A stretch of 64,000 bases of DNA from assembly GCA_038230375.1 (NCBI GenBank), contig JBBRNJ010000005.1, forward strand, positions 32,001-96,000. The letters are read 5' to 3'. The notes beneath the pieces were generated by a model, which saw only the letters and a program-made list of their open reading frames with translations, searched no databases and was not told where the DNA came from. This document shows positions 1-8,997 of this stretch, piece by piece. Position 1 is the stretch's first letter. Every line of letters starts with the position of its first letter. The translations under genes and the position numbers were made by a program. The stretch comes from Polyangiales bacterium (GTDB lineage: Bacteria > Myxococcota_A > Polyangia > Polyangiales > Polyangiaceae).

Positions 1-229
1 GGAGCCACAGCGTACCGGCCACGCCGAGCATCGCGAGCCCCACGCGCGATAGGTACGGCGCGTAGCGGTTCACCGCCTCTGTCTGGACCGCGTCGTCGCT
101 CGCGCCGACGAACTGGGCGTCACCGAACGCCACCGACGTGAGCGTGGGTACCACGATCGACGCCAGCGTCGACCCTGCGGCGCGCACCGCGAGCGCCCAG
201 CACACCTCCGGAGTGATCCGCTCGGTCAT
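1..229 (-). CDS. Hypothetical membrane protein, 5' part (runs off the window edge)
   Basis: Manual translation from ATG at 229: MTERITPEVCWALAVRAAGSTLASIVVPTL..., open to position 1. It starts 6 nt after the stop of the 236-832 gene. Confidence 0.5.
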   Translation of the reverse strand, partial: MTERITPEVCWALAVRAAGSTLASIVVPTLTSVAFGDAQFVGASDDAVQTEAVNRYAPYLSRVGLAMLGVAGTLWL

Positions 230-235
230 CGATTG

Positions 236-832
236 TTACCTGAGCTTCGTCACGTACCAGGAGCCGCGGTAGGCGGTCATCTCGCTTATCTCGATCGTGT
301 GCGTCTTGCCGTCCGCCATGAACGTGAGCCTGGAGTGCTTCACGCGCCACGCCGGCTTCTTCAGGTCGCTCTTCCGGGCCTTCGCGAGCTCCACGCCTGG
401 GCCGATCGCGAACGACGAGAACGTGGGCGCGCCGCCCTTCAGGCGCTTGTGGAGCCGATGAACGGTGCGCTTGAACGCGCCATCCACCTTCTTGTCCCAG
501 AGCTTGGCCGGGTCCTTCGCGTCCTTCAGCTCCTTGTAGGCGTCGCGTGGGTAGAGGAGATCCTTCGCCAGGTCCGGATTGTCCTGCGCGATGGCCTCCA
601 CGAGGTGCTTCATGCGCGTGCCGAGCTCCTCGCTCGAGGCGGGAGGCTGGAGATCGTCGGCGCTGCCGCCATCGGGGCCAAGGGCGCCGCCCTCTGCCGA
701 GCCGCCTTCCGACGACCCCGCCTCCATGCTGCCATCAGCGCTGTCGCCCACGGTCTTTGGCGTGCACGACGCGAGCGCGAGCAGGAGTATGGGCGTCAAC
801 ATGAGCACGGTCGAGAGGCGCGCCATCCCCAT
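236..832 (-). CDS. Hypothetical lipoprotein
   Basis: 3' part of ORF 236..1555. MGMARLSTVLMLTPILLLALASC is a signal peptide with lipobox, followed by a DGS/EGG-rich linker. Starts 5 nt after the serA stop. Confidence 0.7.
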   Translation of the reverse strand: MGMARLSTVLMLTPILLLALASCTPKTVGDSADGSMEAGSSEGGSAEGGALGPDGGSADDLQPPASSEELGTRMKHLVEAIAQDNPDLAKDLLYPRDAYKELKDAKDPAKLWDKKVDGAFKRTVHRLHKRLKGGAPTFSSFAIGPGVELAKARKSDLKKPAWRVKHSRLTFMADGKTHTIEISEMTAYRGSWYVTKLR

Positions 833-837
833 ATGCC

Positions 838-2055
838 TCACGCGAAGTTCGGCAGCGTCACCAGGTCTACGTGCAGCACTTCCTCGAACGCGCGGATCTC
901 CGTGAGGCAGGCCTCGCTCGGTCGTGAGATGACGCGGAGCTTCGCGCAGGCGGCCGTCCCGCCCTCGAACACGGTGTTGGTGACCTCCTCGACATTGATG
1001 CCGTGGCGCTTGATGACCGCGAGCACGTTCGCGAACGTGCCGACCTTGTCCAGCATGCGGATGACCAGGTGGAAGCGCGCGGCCGAGCCGTTCAGCACGT
1101 TCACGACGTTGGGCACTGTGCCCTCGCGCAGGAACGAGCGGATGACCCGCACGCACTCCGTGGCAATGGCGAGCTGCGCTTGATCCGTGGATGCGGCGAT
1201 GTGCGGCGTTCCGTAGACGAAGCCGCCACCATCCGGCCGCTCGAAGAGCTCGGACTTGAACTCCTTGCCGCTCTTCGGCTCGCTCGGGTAGACGTCCACC
1301 GCGGCGCGCAGGCCGCGCGTCTTCACGGCCTCCTTGAGGGCGTCGTAGTCGACCAGGCCTTCGCGCGCGAGGTTCAGGAACATGGCGCGCTTCGGCAGGA
1401 GCTCGAAGATGCGCGCGTTGATGATCTTCTTCGTGCGCTCCGTGAGCGCCAGGTGGACGGTCAGGATGTCCGACTTCTGCGCGAGCTCCTCGATGGAGGC
1501 GCAGTAGCCAACGCCCAGGTCCTGGGCGCGTGCCGGTGTGAGGCCGCGGCTCCACGCGATGGGGTGCAGACCGAACGCGCGCGCACGTGCGGCGACGTCC
1601 TTGCCGATGGCGCCCATGCCGGCGATGCCGATGGTGCGACCCTGCAGCCCCTCTGCGCGACCGTACTCGGCGCGCTCCCAGCGACCCGCGCGCAGCGAGG
1701 CGACCGCGTCGGGCAGGCGGCGATCGAGCGAGACGAGCATGCCGAGCACGAGCTCCCCGACGGCGGACGCGTTCTTGCCAGGGCAGTTCGCGACGTAGAT
1801 GCCGCGGCGGCTGGCTTCCTTCCCGTCGATCGTGTGGTGCTCGGCGCCAGCGCGCACGATGAGGTTCAGCTCCTTCGCGTTCTCGAGCGCCTCGGCCGAG
1901 ACCTCCGTGGAACGGACGACCAGGATGCCAGCGGTGGCGATGCGTGTCGCCAGGGTCTCGCGCGTGAGCTCGGGCTCGTACACGACCTCGAGTGACAGCG
2001 CGCGCAGCTCCTCGATGGCGCGCGGATGAAGCTTGTCGGCGATGAGAAGACGCAT
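838..2055 (-). CDS. serA: D-3-phosphoglycerate dehydrogenase family protein with C-terminal ACT domain
   Basis: GIAGMGAIG Rossmann motif, LNLARE, DVYPSEP, TPHIAAST, and ACT motif DKVGTFANVLAVIKRHGINV. Confidence 0.85.
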   Translation of the reverse strand: MRLLIADKLHPRAIEELRALSLEVVYEPELTRETLATRIATAGILVVRSTEVSAEALENAKELNLIVRAGAEHHTIDGKEASRRGIYVANCPGKNASAVGELVLGMLVSLDRRLPDAVASLRAGRWERAEYGRAEGLQGRTIGIAGMGAIGKDVAARARAFGLHPIAWSRGLTPARAQDLGVGYCASIEELAQKSDILTVHLALTERTKKIINARIFELLPKRAMFLNLAREGLVDYDALKEAVKTRGLRAAVDVYPSEPKSGKEFKSELFERPDGGGFVYGTPHIAASTDQAQLAIATECVRVIRSFLREGTVPNVVNVLNGSAARFHLVIRMLDKVGTFANVLAVIKRHGINVEEVTNTVFEGGTAACAKLRVISRPSEACLTEIRAFEEVLHVDLVTLPNFA

Positions 2056-2067
2056 GCGCCCGAAGTA

Positions 2068-2619
2068 CTACTTTTTAGGGGAAATGTCGCGTGGTTTTGG
2101 GACAAATCGCGCGTGATTCAGGAGCATGGATTCCGTCTCTTGCCCTGGCTCGGTCGCCGGCCGCAGGAAGCGCGCGAGGCTGGTCTGGGCGTGGCGCGTG
2201 AACTTCGCCTCGAACGGCCCACCGGGCAGAGCCGCCTTCACACATGTGTAGAGCGCGCCATCCGCGCCGACCGTCACACGCGCGGGATCGAGCTGCTCCT
2301 CCGTACCGTCCGAGAGCACCAGCGTGACGGGAGTCTCATCACCAATCTCCACGTCGTCTCTGGGGAGCAGGTGACGCACGAAGAACGGCGCGTCCTCGAC
2401 CGTGAGGTACGTCCAGTCGTAGCCGTTGGTGAGGATGTATCGCCCGTCGTCAGGATGGCGCGACACCCACGTGTGCATCGCCTGTTCGAGCTTCCGATGC
2501 TCCACCACCGCTCCCTCGTGCTCGAAGTGCCCATCCGCCTTGAGCACGATGGTGCTCTCCCGCGAACGCCCCTCGGGAGCGGGAAACCGGAAGAACTCGG
2601 GGTCGTCACCGGGCTTCAA
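2068..2619 (-). CDS. DUF1285-like hypothetical protein
   Basis: IVLKADGHFEHEG...YLTVEDAPFFV...GALYTCVK...AKFTRHAQ resembles DUF1285. TTG start. Confidence 0.6.
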   Translation of the reverse strand: MKPGDDPEFFRFPAPEGRSRESTIVLKADGHFEHEGAVVEHRKLEQAMHTWVSRHPDDGRYILTNGYDWTYLTVEDAPFFVRHLLPRDDVEIGDETPVTLVLSDGTEEQLDPARVTVGADGALYTCVKAALPGGPFEAKFTRHAQTSLARFLRPATEPGQETESMLLNHARFVPKPRDISPKK

Positions 2620-2677
2620 GACCTCCTGAGGATAGCAGTGCGCGCGCGCTCACGTACGGTCGGCCTCACGAACTGGG

Positions 2678-3340
2678 TCAGGGCCACGGGCAGACCGTGA
2701 ACGGTACGTCGCCGAGCACGGAGCCGGCCTCTGCGGTCAGCGCCGAGAGGGCGACCGTGAGCGTGCCTTCCGTCCGTGTCGCCGCGGCGAACCGGACCTC
2801 CCCGTAGCCGAGCGAGTTCGTCTGCGCTCCCGCCACGACGAAGGTCGTGGTCTGGACATAATCCTGGCGCGGATCGGGTGGACCCTCGCGGTCGACCTTC
2901 CACGTGCTGCCGCGCGCGACCGGCCACGTCCCTTGCATCTCGAGCTCGAGGCGGCGCTCGCCGGGCATCATGCGCAGCTCGCGTCTTCGTGGATCGTCGC
3001 CAAGGTCCGCGCACGAGACGGCCCTCTCGTAGATGTGCAAGCTGGAGACGTGGATGTCGAAGCCGTCCGTGTCGGTCGAGCACGAGCCCGTGCCCGTGAG
3101 CTTCGACGAGCACGCGCGCATCGGCCGATTCACGTACACCATCAGCGCAGAAACGGCCGTGAAGGGCCGGCCCGCCACGGTGCCCCGAAGGGTCGGCGCG
3201 ACCCTGGGCTTCTTCGCGGTGACCGGCGCCTGTTCGACCGGCGTGGTGTTGGCGTCCGGGTGGGCTGCGGCGGCCTCCGCACCGCAACCGGCGACAACGA
3301 TGAGCAAGGCACAGGGGATGAGGGCGCTTCTCATCCCCAT
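2678..3340 (-). CDS. Hypothetical lipoprotein
   Basis: Signal peptide with lipobox LIVVAGC; 220 aa with paired Cys. Confidence 0.6.
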   Translation of the reverse strand: MGMRSALIPCALLIVVAGCGAEAAAAHPDANTTPVEQAPVTAKKPRVAPTLRGTVAGRPFTAVSALMVYVNRPMRACSSKLTGTGSCSTDTDGFDIHVSSLHIYERAVSCADLGDDPRRRELRMMPGERRLELEMQGTWPVARGSTWKVDREGPPDPRQDYVQTTTFVVAGAQTNSLGYGEVRFAAATRTEGTLTVALSALTAEAGSVLGDVPFTVCPWP

Positions 3341-3491
3341 TGGACGTGGTGGCGCCGGGGTTCATTCTAGTGGCACGCCGAAGCCTCTCGGACGGCACGT
3401 GGGACAGCGAAATGGCCTCGAATTCCCCCGCGCCCGAACTATTTTTGGTCGTCGCCTTGCCGATGCGTATACATGGTGTATACCGCTTCTC

Positions 3492-4406
3492 ATGAGCAAC
3501 TCGCTGAACGTCCTCGTCACTGGCGCCACGGCCGGCATCGGCCGCTTCCTCTCCCTCGACCTCGCCAAGCGCGGTCATCGCGTGTTCGCCACCGGGCGTC
3601 GCGCCGATGCGCTCGAGTCGCTCCGCGAAGAGGCGGAGAAGCTCGGCCTCTCTATCGTCCCCGTCGTCCTCGACGTCACGAACGAGGCCACCATCGAGGC
3701 CGCCGCGAAGAGCGTGCACGAGACCTGTGGCGGCGCGCTCGACGTGCTCATCAACAACGCCGGCTACGGCCAGGCAGGCCCCCTGGCAGAGATGTCGGAC
3801 GAGACGCTCCGCAAGCAGTTCGACACGAACGTGTTCGGTGTCATGTCCGTCACGCGCGCGTTCCTGCCGCTGATGATGGCAAAGGGCGCTGGCACCGTCA
3901 TCAACGTCAGCAGCACCGGCGGTCTGCTGACCGCGCCGATGATGGGCGCGTACCACGCTTCCAAGTACGCGCTCGAGGCCATGTCCGACGCGCTCCGCAT
4001 GGAGCTCGCGCCGTTCGGCGTTCGCGTCGTTGTCATAGAGCCCGGGCCGATCAAGTCGGAGTTCACGGGCCGCACGCTCGCGGGTATCGCAGGCGGGGAA
4101 GGGACCTCGGCGTACGCCGCTGTCATCGCGAAGAGCGACGAGCTCGGCGCGCGCATGATGAAGATGTCGGCGGGTCCCGAGCACGTCGCGAAGGCGGTCC
4201 GCAAGGCGATCTTCTCGCGCTGGCCCCGCGCGCGTTACATCGCGCCGAGCTGGCATGCGCTTCCGTTCATGCTGCTTCCGTTCGTGCCGCAGCGCCTGAT
4301 CGACTTCGTGTTCAAGTCGCTCCTCGGCCTGAACAAGCGCCTCCCCGCGTCCAAGACCGAAGCAGCGCCCGTCAGCGGCAAGGTCCAGGTCGCGCGCGCC
4401 GCCTGA
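3492..4406 (+). CDS. Short-chain dehydrogenase/reductase
   Basis: TGATAGIG, DVLINNAG, YHASK catalytic motif; ATG at 3492. Confidence 0.9.
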   Translation: MSNSLNVLVTGATAGIGRFLSLDLAKRGHRVFATGRRADALESLREEAEKLGLSIVPVVLDVTNEATIEAAAKSVHETCGGALDVLINNAGYGQAGPLAEMSDETLRKQFDTNVFGVMSVTRAFLPLMMAKGAGTVINVSSTGGLLTAPMMGAYHASKYALEAMSDALRMELAPFGVRVVVIEPGPIKSEFTGRTLAGIAGGEGTSAYAAVIAKSDELGARMMKMSAGPEHVAKAVRKAIFSRWPRARYIAPSWHALPFMLLPFVPQRLIDFVFKSLLGLNKRLPASKTEAAPVSGKVQVARAA

Positions 4407-4421
4407 GGCGGCACGTCTGAC

Positions 4422-5033
4422 TCATCGAGCCGTAAGGAGCAGGTCGAGGAGCTCGTGCATCACCTTCTTCGCACGAGCGACCTTCTCCGGCGTGGCGGGC
4501 GCACCGCCGACGACGCCGCTTCCCGCGCCGAGCACCTCGAGCGAGATGCCTTCGAGCGCGGAGAGGATGGCGACGTAGAGCATGGGGTCGTTCCGCTTCT
4601 TGGTGGTCTTGTGGACCGCGTCGTCGATGATGCGGATCAGGTCCTCGCGGAAGCGACGGCGATGTGGCGCGAGCGGCGAATCGGACCGGACGGCCTGCTC
4701 GACGAGGACGCGGACGAGAGCGGCGTTCTCGACGTGGTAGTCCAGGTAGACGTCGAGCGCGTGCCTCACCGACGCGAGCGGATCCTTGTCGTCCTCGGCG
4801 GCGTTCCGCACCGCGCGGAGCAGCTCGGTCGTGGCGAGCTCGTAGATGGAAGCAAGCACGTCTTCCTTGCTGGAGAAGTACTTGTAGAACGTGCGGCGCG
4901 CGATCTTCGCCGCCTCGAGGATGTCCTCCACGCGGGCCTCGGTGAAGCCCTTCTTCGCGAAGACCAGGACGCCCGCGGCAAGGACGCCACCCTGGGTCAG
5001 CCGGGTCGCAAGGGAGGGGGCTGTGGTGCTCAT
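4422..5033 (-). CDS. TetR/AcrR family transcriptional regulator
   Basis: FAKKGFTEARVEDILEAAKIARRTFYKYFSSKEDV HTH; alternative start at 5078. Confidence 0.9.
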   Translation of the reverse strand: MSTTAPSLATRLTQGGVLAAGVLVFAKKGFTEARVEDILEAAKIARRTFYKYFSSKEDVLASIYELATTELLRAVRNAAEDDKDPLASVRHALDVYLDYHVENAALVRVLVEQAVRSDSPLAPHRRRFREDLIRIIDDAVHKTTKKRNDPMLYVAILSALEGISLEVLGAGSGVVGGAPATPEKVARAKKVMHELLDLLLTAR

Positions 5034-5080
5034 GTCCCCATCATCATCCTCCCCGCGTCTTCGCGCAATCGGATCCATAC

Positions 5081-5851
5081 ATGACGTATACCTCTACTGC
5101 CTCGCCGCTCTCCCGCCTGCTCCGCATGGTGGCGCCCGAGGGCTACCTGTACGAGGACGCCCACTACCTGGCGTGCGAGGTGGACCTGGATCCGCGCGTC
5201 GCGCGCCGCTTCGTCCCGTTCCCCCTCACCATGGGCCGCGCGCCCACGGCCACGATCTTCACGGCGTTCTTCCCGAAGAACAGCTTCGGCTCGGTCTACC
5301 GCGAGGCCGGTGTGTTCTTCCACGTGCGGCACGGCTTCCGTCGCGTGATCTTCTGCCCGTGGATGATCGTGGACGACGACGTCGCGCTCATCACTGGACG
5401 CGAGCTGCTCGGCTATCCGAAGAAGCTCGGCGAGATCGACTGGTCCCTCGAGGCCCGCGCTTCCGGAGCCGAGGAGGGAGCCCGTATACACGGCGTGGCG
5501 TCTCGTCGCGGCGCGGAGCTCATCACCATGCGCGGCACCCTGGGCGCGAAGGTGGCGTCGGCGCCGCCGGTGCTCGGTCGTCCGCACCGCAACGTGCGCG
5601 GGCCGATGGGGCTCGCGGTGCCCAAGCTGCTCGCGTTCACGCCGCACGAGGTCCCGATCGAAGTGCGCGAGGCGAACATCACGCTCACGGTGGGCGGCTC
5701 CGAGCGCGACCCGCTCCACGAGATGGGGCTCGGCGCGGTCCGTCGCTCGCTCCTCCACCGGGTGAACCTGGGCGGGCGCACGCTGCCGTTGCCGCTCCAC
5801 GCGGTGTCCCCGCTCTGGCACATGAAGCAATGGCTGTTTCGCGCGCTCTAG
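5081..5851 (+). CDS. Acetoacetate decarboxylase family protein
   Basis: YREAG and GRELLGYPKKLG (Schiff-base Lys motif). Confidence 0.85.
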   Translation: MTYTSTASPLSRLLRMVAPEGYLYEDAHYLACEVDLDPRVARRFVPFPLTMGRAPTATIFTAFFPKNSFGSVYREAGVFFHVRHGFRRVIFCPWMIVDDDVALITGRELLGYPKKLGEIDWSLEARASGAEEGARIHGVASRRGAELITMRGTLGAKVASAPPVLGRPHRNVRGPMGLAVPKLLAFTPHEVPIEVREANITLTVGGSERDPLHEMGLGAVRRSLLHRVNLGGRTLPLPLHAVSPLWHMKQWLFRAL

Positions 5852-5879
5852 GAACCAGAGTTTCAACAGGAGATCATCC

Positions 5880-6707
5880 ATGGGTACGAGGTCGGGATTC
5901 TACTTGGGCAAGCGCGTCGTCGTGACCGGCGCTGCATCGGGCATCGGCGAAGCAACAGCGCGTGAGCTCTGCATGCGCGGCGCGCGGCTCGTGCTCCTCG
6001 ACATCGACGCAGCGGGCCTCGCGCGTGTGGCCACAGCGATCGGAGATCTGGGCGGCGTCGTCGAGACACATGCGGTGGATCTGTCCAGCGAGGCGCAGGT
6101 CGTGGAAGCGGCCGCGGCGATCCTCGCGCGCGGTGACGTGGACGTGCTTGTGAACAACGCCGGTGTCGCGGTGGTGAAGCCGTTCGAGCGCACGTCCACG
6201 GTCGACTGGGAGTGGATCATGGGCGTCAACGTGCATGGCCCGCTGCGCCTCACGCGCGCGCTGCTCCCGCGCATGAAGGAGCGCGGCGTGGGGCACATCG
6301 TGGTCGTGGCCTCGCTCGCCGGGCTGATCGGCGCGCCTGGGATGGTGGCGTACAGCACGACCAAGTTTGCGATGGTGGGCTTCGCGGAGGCGCTGCGTCT
6401 GGAGCTCGCGCCGCACGGCATCGGCGTGACCACCGTGTGCCCTGGATACGTGCGCACGAACTTGCATCACGCCACGCGCTACGACAACCCGGGGTTCAAG
6501 CGCCTGCTGGACGAAGCGCCTGCGATCTATGGCATGAGCCGCGAGAGCGTCGCGCGCGCGCTCTGCAATGCGGTCGTGCGCAAGCGCCCGCTCATCGTCC
6601 TTGGTCCCGAGAAGATCGCGTTCTGGCTCAAGCGGTTCGTGCCGAGCGTTGGGTTCGCGCTATCGCGCCTGGTCGCGCGTCAGAGCGGCATCGCCGAGAG
6701 TCACTAG
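5880..6707 (+). CDS. Short-chain dehydrogenase/reductase
   Basis: TGAASGIG, DVLVNNAG, YSTTK; AGGAG RBS. Confidence 0.9.
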   Translation: MGTRSGFYLGKRVVVTGAASGIGEATARELCMRGARLVLLDIDAAGLARVATAIGDLGGVVETHAVDLSSEAQVVEAAAAILARGDVDVLVNNAGVAVVKPFERTSTVDWEWIMGVNVHGPLRLTRALLPRMKERGVGHIVVVASLAGLIGAPGMVAYSTTKFAMVGFAEALRLELAPHGIGVTTVCPGYVRTNLHHATRYDNPGFKRLLDEAPAIYGMSRESVARALCNAVVRKRPLIVLGPEKIAFWLKRFVPSVGFALSRLVARQSGIAESH

Positions 6708-6753
6708 CGAGTGGTCGTGGTAGAAGGATTCCCCTGATCGACCAGGGGGAGAC

Positions 6754-8934
6754 ATGACGTTCACGCGCCGCGCACTGATCACGTTCGTCACGCCGGTCCT
6801 GATCGTGCTGCTCGGCAGTCGCCTCATGTTGCCTCACGTCGCTGAGTTCGTGGCGGAGACGGGCGCGGCACCTGAGCGCTTCGGTGTCTTCGGGCTCGGC
6901 ATCTTCCCCTACGTGGCTGCATTCCAGCTGGTGGAGATCGTCGCGTTCCTGGTGCCTTCGCTCTCGCGCCGCCGTCACGGCGATCCGGCGCTGCGGGCGA
7001 AGCTCGATCTCGCTGTGGCCTTCGTGACACTCGGGCTCGCCGGCATGCAGGCGTGGTCGTTCGCGACGCAGCTCGCGACCCTCTCGAACGAGACGCGGTT
7101 CTACGTCGGCCGCGCCGACGTGCTGATCACGATGGTCACTCTGGTTGGCGGCGTCTGCGTGCAGGTGGTGGCTTCCAAGCTCATCACGCGCGCGGGGCTT
7201 GCGAATGGCGTCGCCGTGCTGCTGGTCGCGAACGTGTTCCAGCACGTAAGCGCGGACGTCGGGGTTCGGCTGCGCGCCACGCCACCGTCCCCGGGGAGCG
7301 GCGGCCTGCTGGGCATGTTCTTCAAGTCGCATGACGCCGCCTCGCCGCTCGAGATGGCGATCGTGTTCGGCGCGATAGCGATCGTCGTGATCGCAGCAGT
7401 CATCGCGCTTGCGCGCGCCACCGGCATGCGGCTCACGCCGGGCAACGTCCTTGGCGGGCCGTACCGCGGCGCGCATGCGCTGGTGCTCGAGCCCAGCTTC
7501 CCGGTCCCATCCAGCTCGTATGGTGCGTACGCGATCACCAACGCGCTCATCCTGTTCCCCGCGACCCTCGCGAACCTGAAGGTGCCTGGCTTCGCAGGCC
7601 TCGCCGGGCTTTCGGGAGGGCTCACGTTCTTCCCGCTCCTGCTCGTCGTGATGGTGTTGCTCGCGTTCTGGCTCCACCGGCCGGGAGAGCTCTCGGACCT
7701 CGCGGACCGGCTCGGCATCCAGTCCGATCCGAACGAGGCGCGGCGAGCCCTGGTGCACACGCTGTTGCCGTCGTACCTCTTCTTCTCTGTCGTGATCCTG
7801 GCTGGGCATGCTGCCGGCGTGGACGTGTCAGAGGCGCCCCTCGCGGTCGCTGTCGTCCTGGACCTCTATTTCTCTGTCCAGCGTGCGCGCGGGGCCACCA
7901 CGTGGGTGCCCGTGTGGGAAGAGCGTCGCGCGACCGCGGTGCCCGTGCTCCGCACCGTGCTCGCAGCGCGCGGCATCGAGACCGAGGTGAACGGAATGAG
8001 CCTGCTCTGGCTCATGCAGCTCTTCGCACCGTTCGCGCCTGCGGTGCTCCTGGTGAAGGAAGAGGACGCGGCGCGCGCAACGAGGATCCTCGCGAGCGGC
8101 GAGTTCGCGGAGGAGGCGCCGGTCGCCGAGGCCGTCACGGTGAAGGCGCCGGAGCTCGCGCCCGGTAGACGCGCAGTCTACCTTGCCGGCCTCGTCGCGC
8201 TCGCGGGTGTCGTTGCGTTCGTCGGCGCGCGCGCCCGGAGCGGCGGGTTCGACGAGGACGCGGCCAAGGACGTCGGTCCGCCCGCGCAGCTCACGCTCGT
8301 TCGCATCGACGACACGCGCGATCCGCTCGCGTCCATCCGCGACGAAGAGCTCCCCGATGGTGCAGGCATCAGCATCTACCTGGAGAACGCGCCCGCAGGT
8401 CCAGGCCAGAACATGCAGGTGCACTTTGCACGCATCGTGGCGCGCACGGGAGAGCCGAAGGCCGAGACCCGTGCGCGTTTGAACGGTTGGCTCGACAAGG
8501 TGAAGCTCGCGGAAAGTGACGAACCCGCGCGGTTCGCCCTCGAAGAGATACAGGATGTGGACGACGAGACGCGGAAGGTCACCTTCGTCGGCTACCGCAG
8601 CTTTCTGCTGACCGGCGCGCCGGAGCTCACGAACGCGGACGTCGAGGACGCGTCGGTCATCTTCGATCGTGACAGGCAGGAGCCCAGCGTGACCGTGATC
8701 CTCACGCCCGCGGGCGCGCGCCGGTTCGAGGAAGTGACGGGCCAGTGGGTGCAGCGACGCCTCGCGATCGTGCTGGACGGCGTGATCGAGAGCGCGCCCG
8801 TCATCAAGTCCAAGATTGGAGGCGGCCGCCTCACCATCACGATGGGCCGCGCCGAGCCCGAGAAGGCGCTCTTCGATGCCCAGCACCTCCAACGGAGCCT
8901 CCGAGGTTCCCGGGGCGCTGCCGGCGCACGCTGA
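6754..8934 (+). CDS. SecY-like 10-TM protein fused to a DUF2007-like domain, a TM helix and a SecD/SecDF P1-head domain
   Basis: FGLGIFPYVAA, ITRAGLANGVAVLL, LILFPATL and VAVVLDL align in order with SecY signatures. C-terminal RRFEEVT...RRLAIVLDGVIESAPVIKSKIGGG is the SecD P1-head signature. Confidence 0.8.
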   Translation: MTFTRRALITFVTPVLIVLLGSRLMLPHVAEFVAETGAAPERFGVFGLGIFPYVAAFQLVEIVAFLVPSLSRRRHGDPALRAKLDLAVAFVTLGLAGMQAWSFATQLATLSNETRFYVGRADVLITMVTLVGGVCVQVVASKLITRAGLANGVAVLLVANVFQHVSADVGVRLRATPPSPGSGGLLGMFFKSHDAASPLEMAIVFGAIAIVVIAAVIALARATGMRLTPGNVLGGPYRGAHALVLEPSFPVPSSSYGAYAITNALILFPATLANLKVPGFAGLAGLSGGLTFFPLLLVVMVLLAFWLHRPGELSDLADRLGIQSDPNEARRALVHTLLPSYLFFSVVILAGHAAGVDVSEAPLAVAVVLDLYFSVQRARGATTWVPVWEERRATAVPVLRTVLAARGIETEVNGMSLLWLMQLFAPFAPAVLLVKEEDAARATRILASGEFAEEAPVAEAVTVKAPELAPGRRAVYLAGLVALAGVVAFVGARARSGGFDEDAAKDVGPPAQLTLVRIDDTRDPLASIRDEELPDGAGISIYLENAPAGPGQNMQVHFARIVARTGEPKAETRARLNGWLDKVKLAESDEPARFALEEIQDVDDETRKVTFVGYRSFLLTGAPELTNADVEDASVIFDRDRQEPSVTVILTPAGARRFEEVTGQWVQRRLAIVLDGVIESAPVIKSKIGGGRLTITMGRAEPEKALFDAQHLQRSLRGSRGAAGAR

Positions 8935-8997
8935 GCTATCCGCGCCGGTTTGGCGAGCGGGTGACACGCCGCCTTCGCTACGGATAGGATCTGGGCC

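Noticed and set aside
6754..8934. Calling this the housekeeping secY or a SecY2 accessory system
   Set aside because: Not in the rplO-secY-adk context, highly diverged, lacks key loops, and no secA2/asp/serine-rich substrate genes are nearby.
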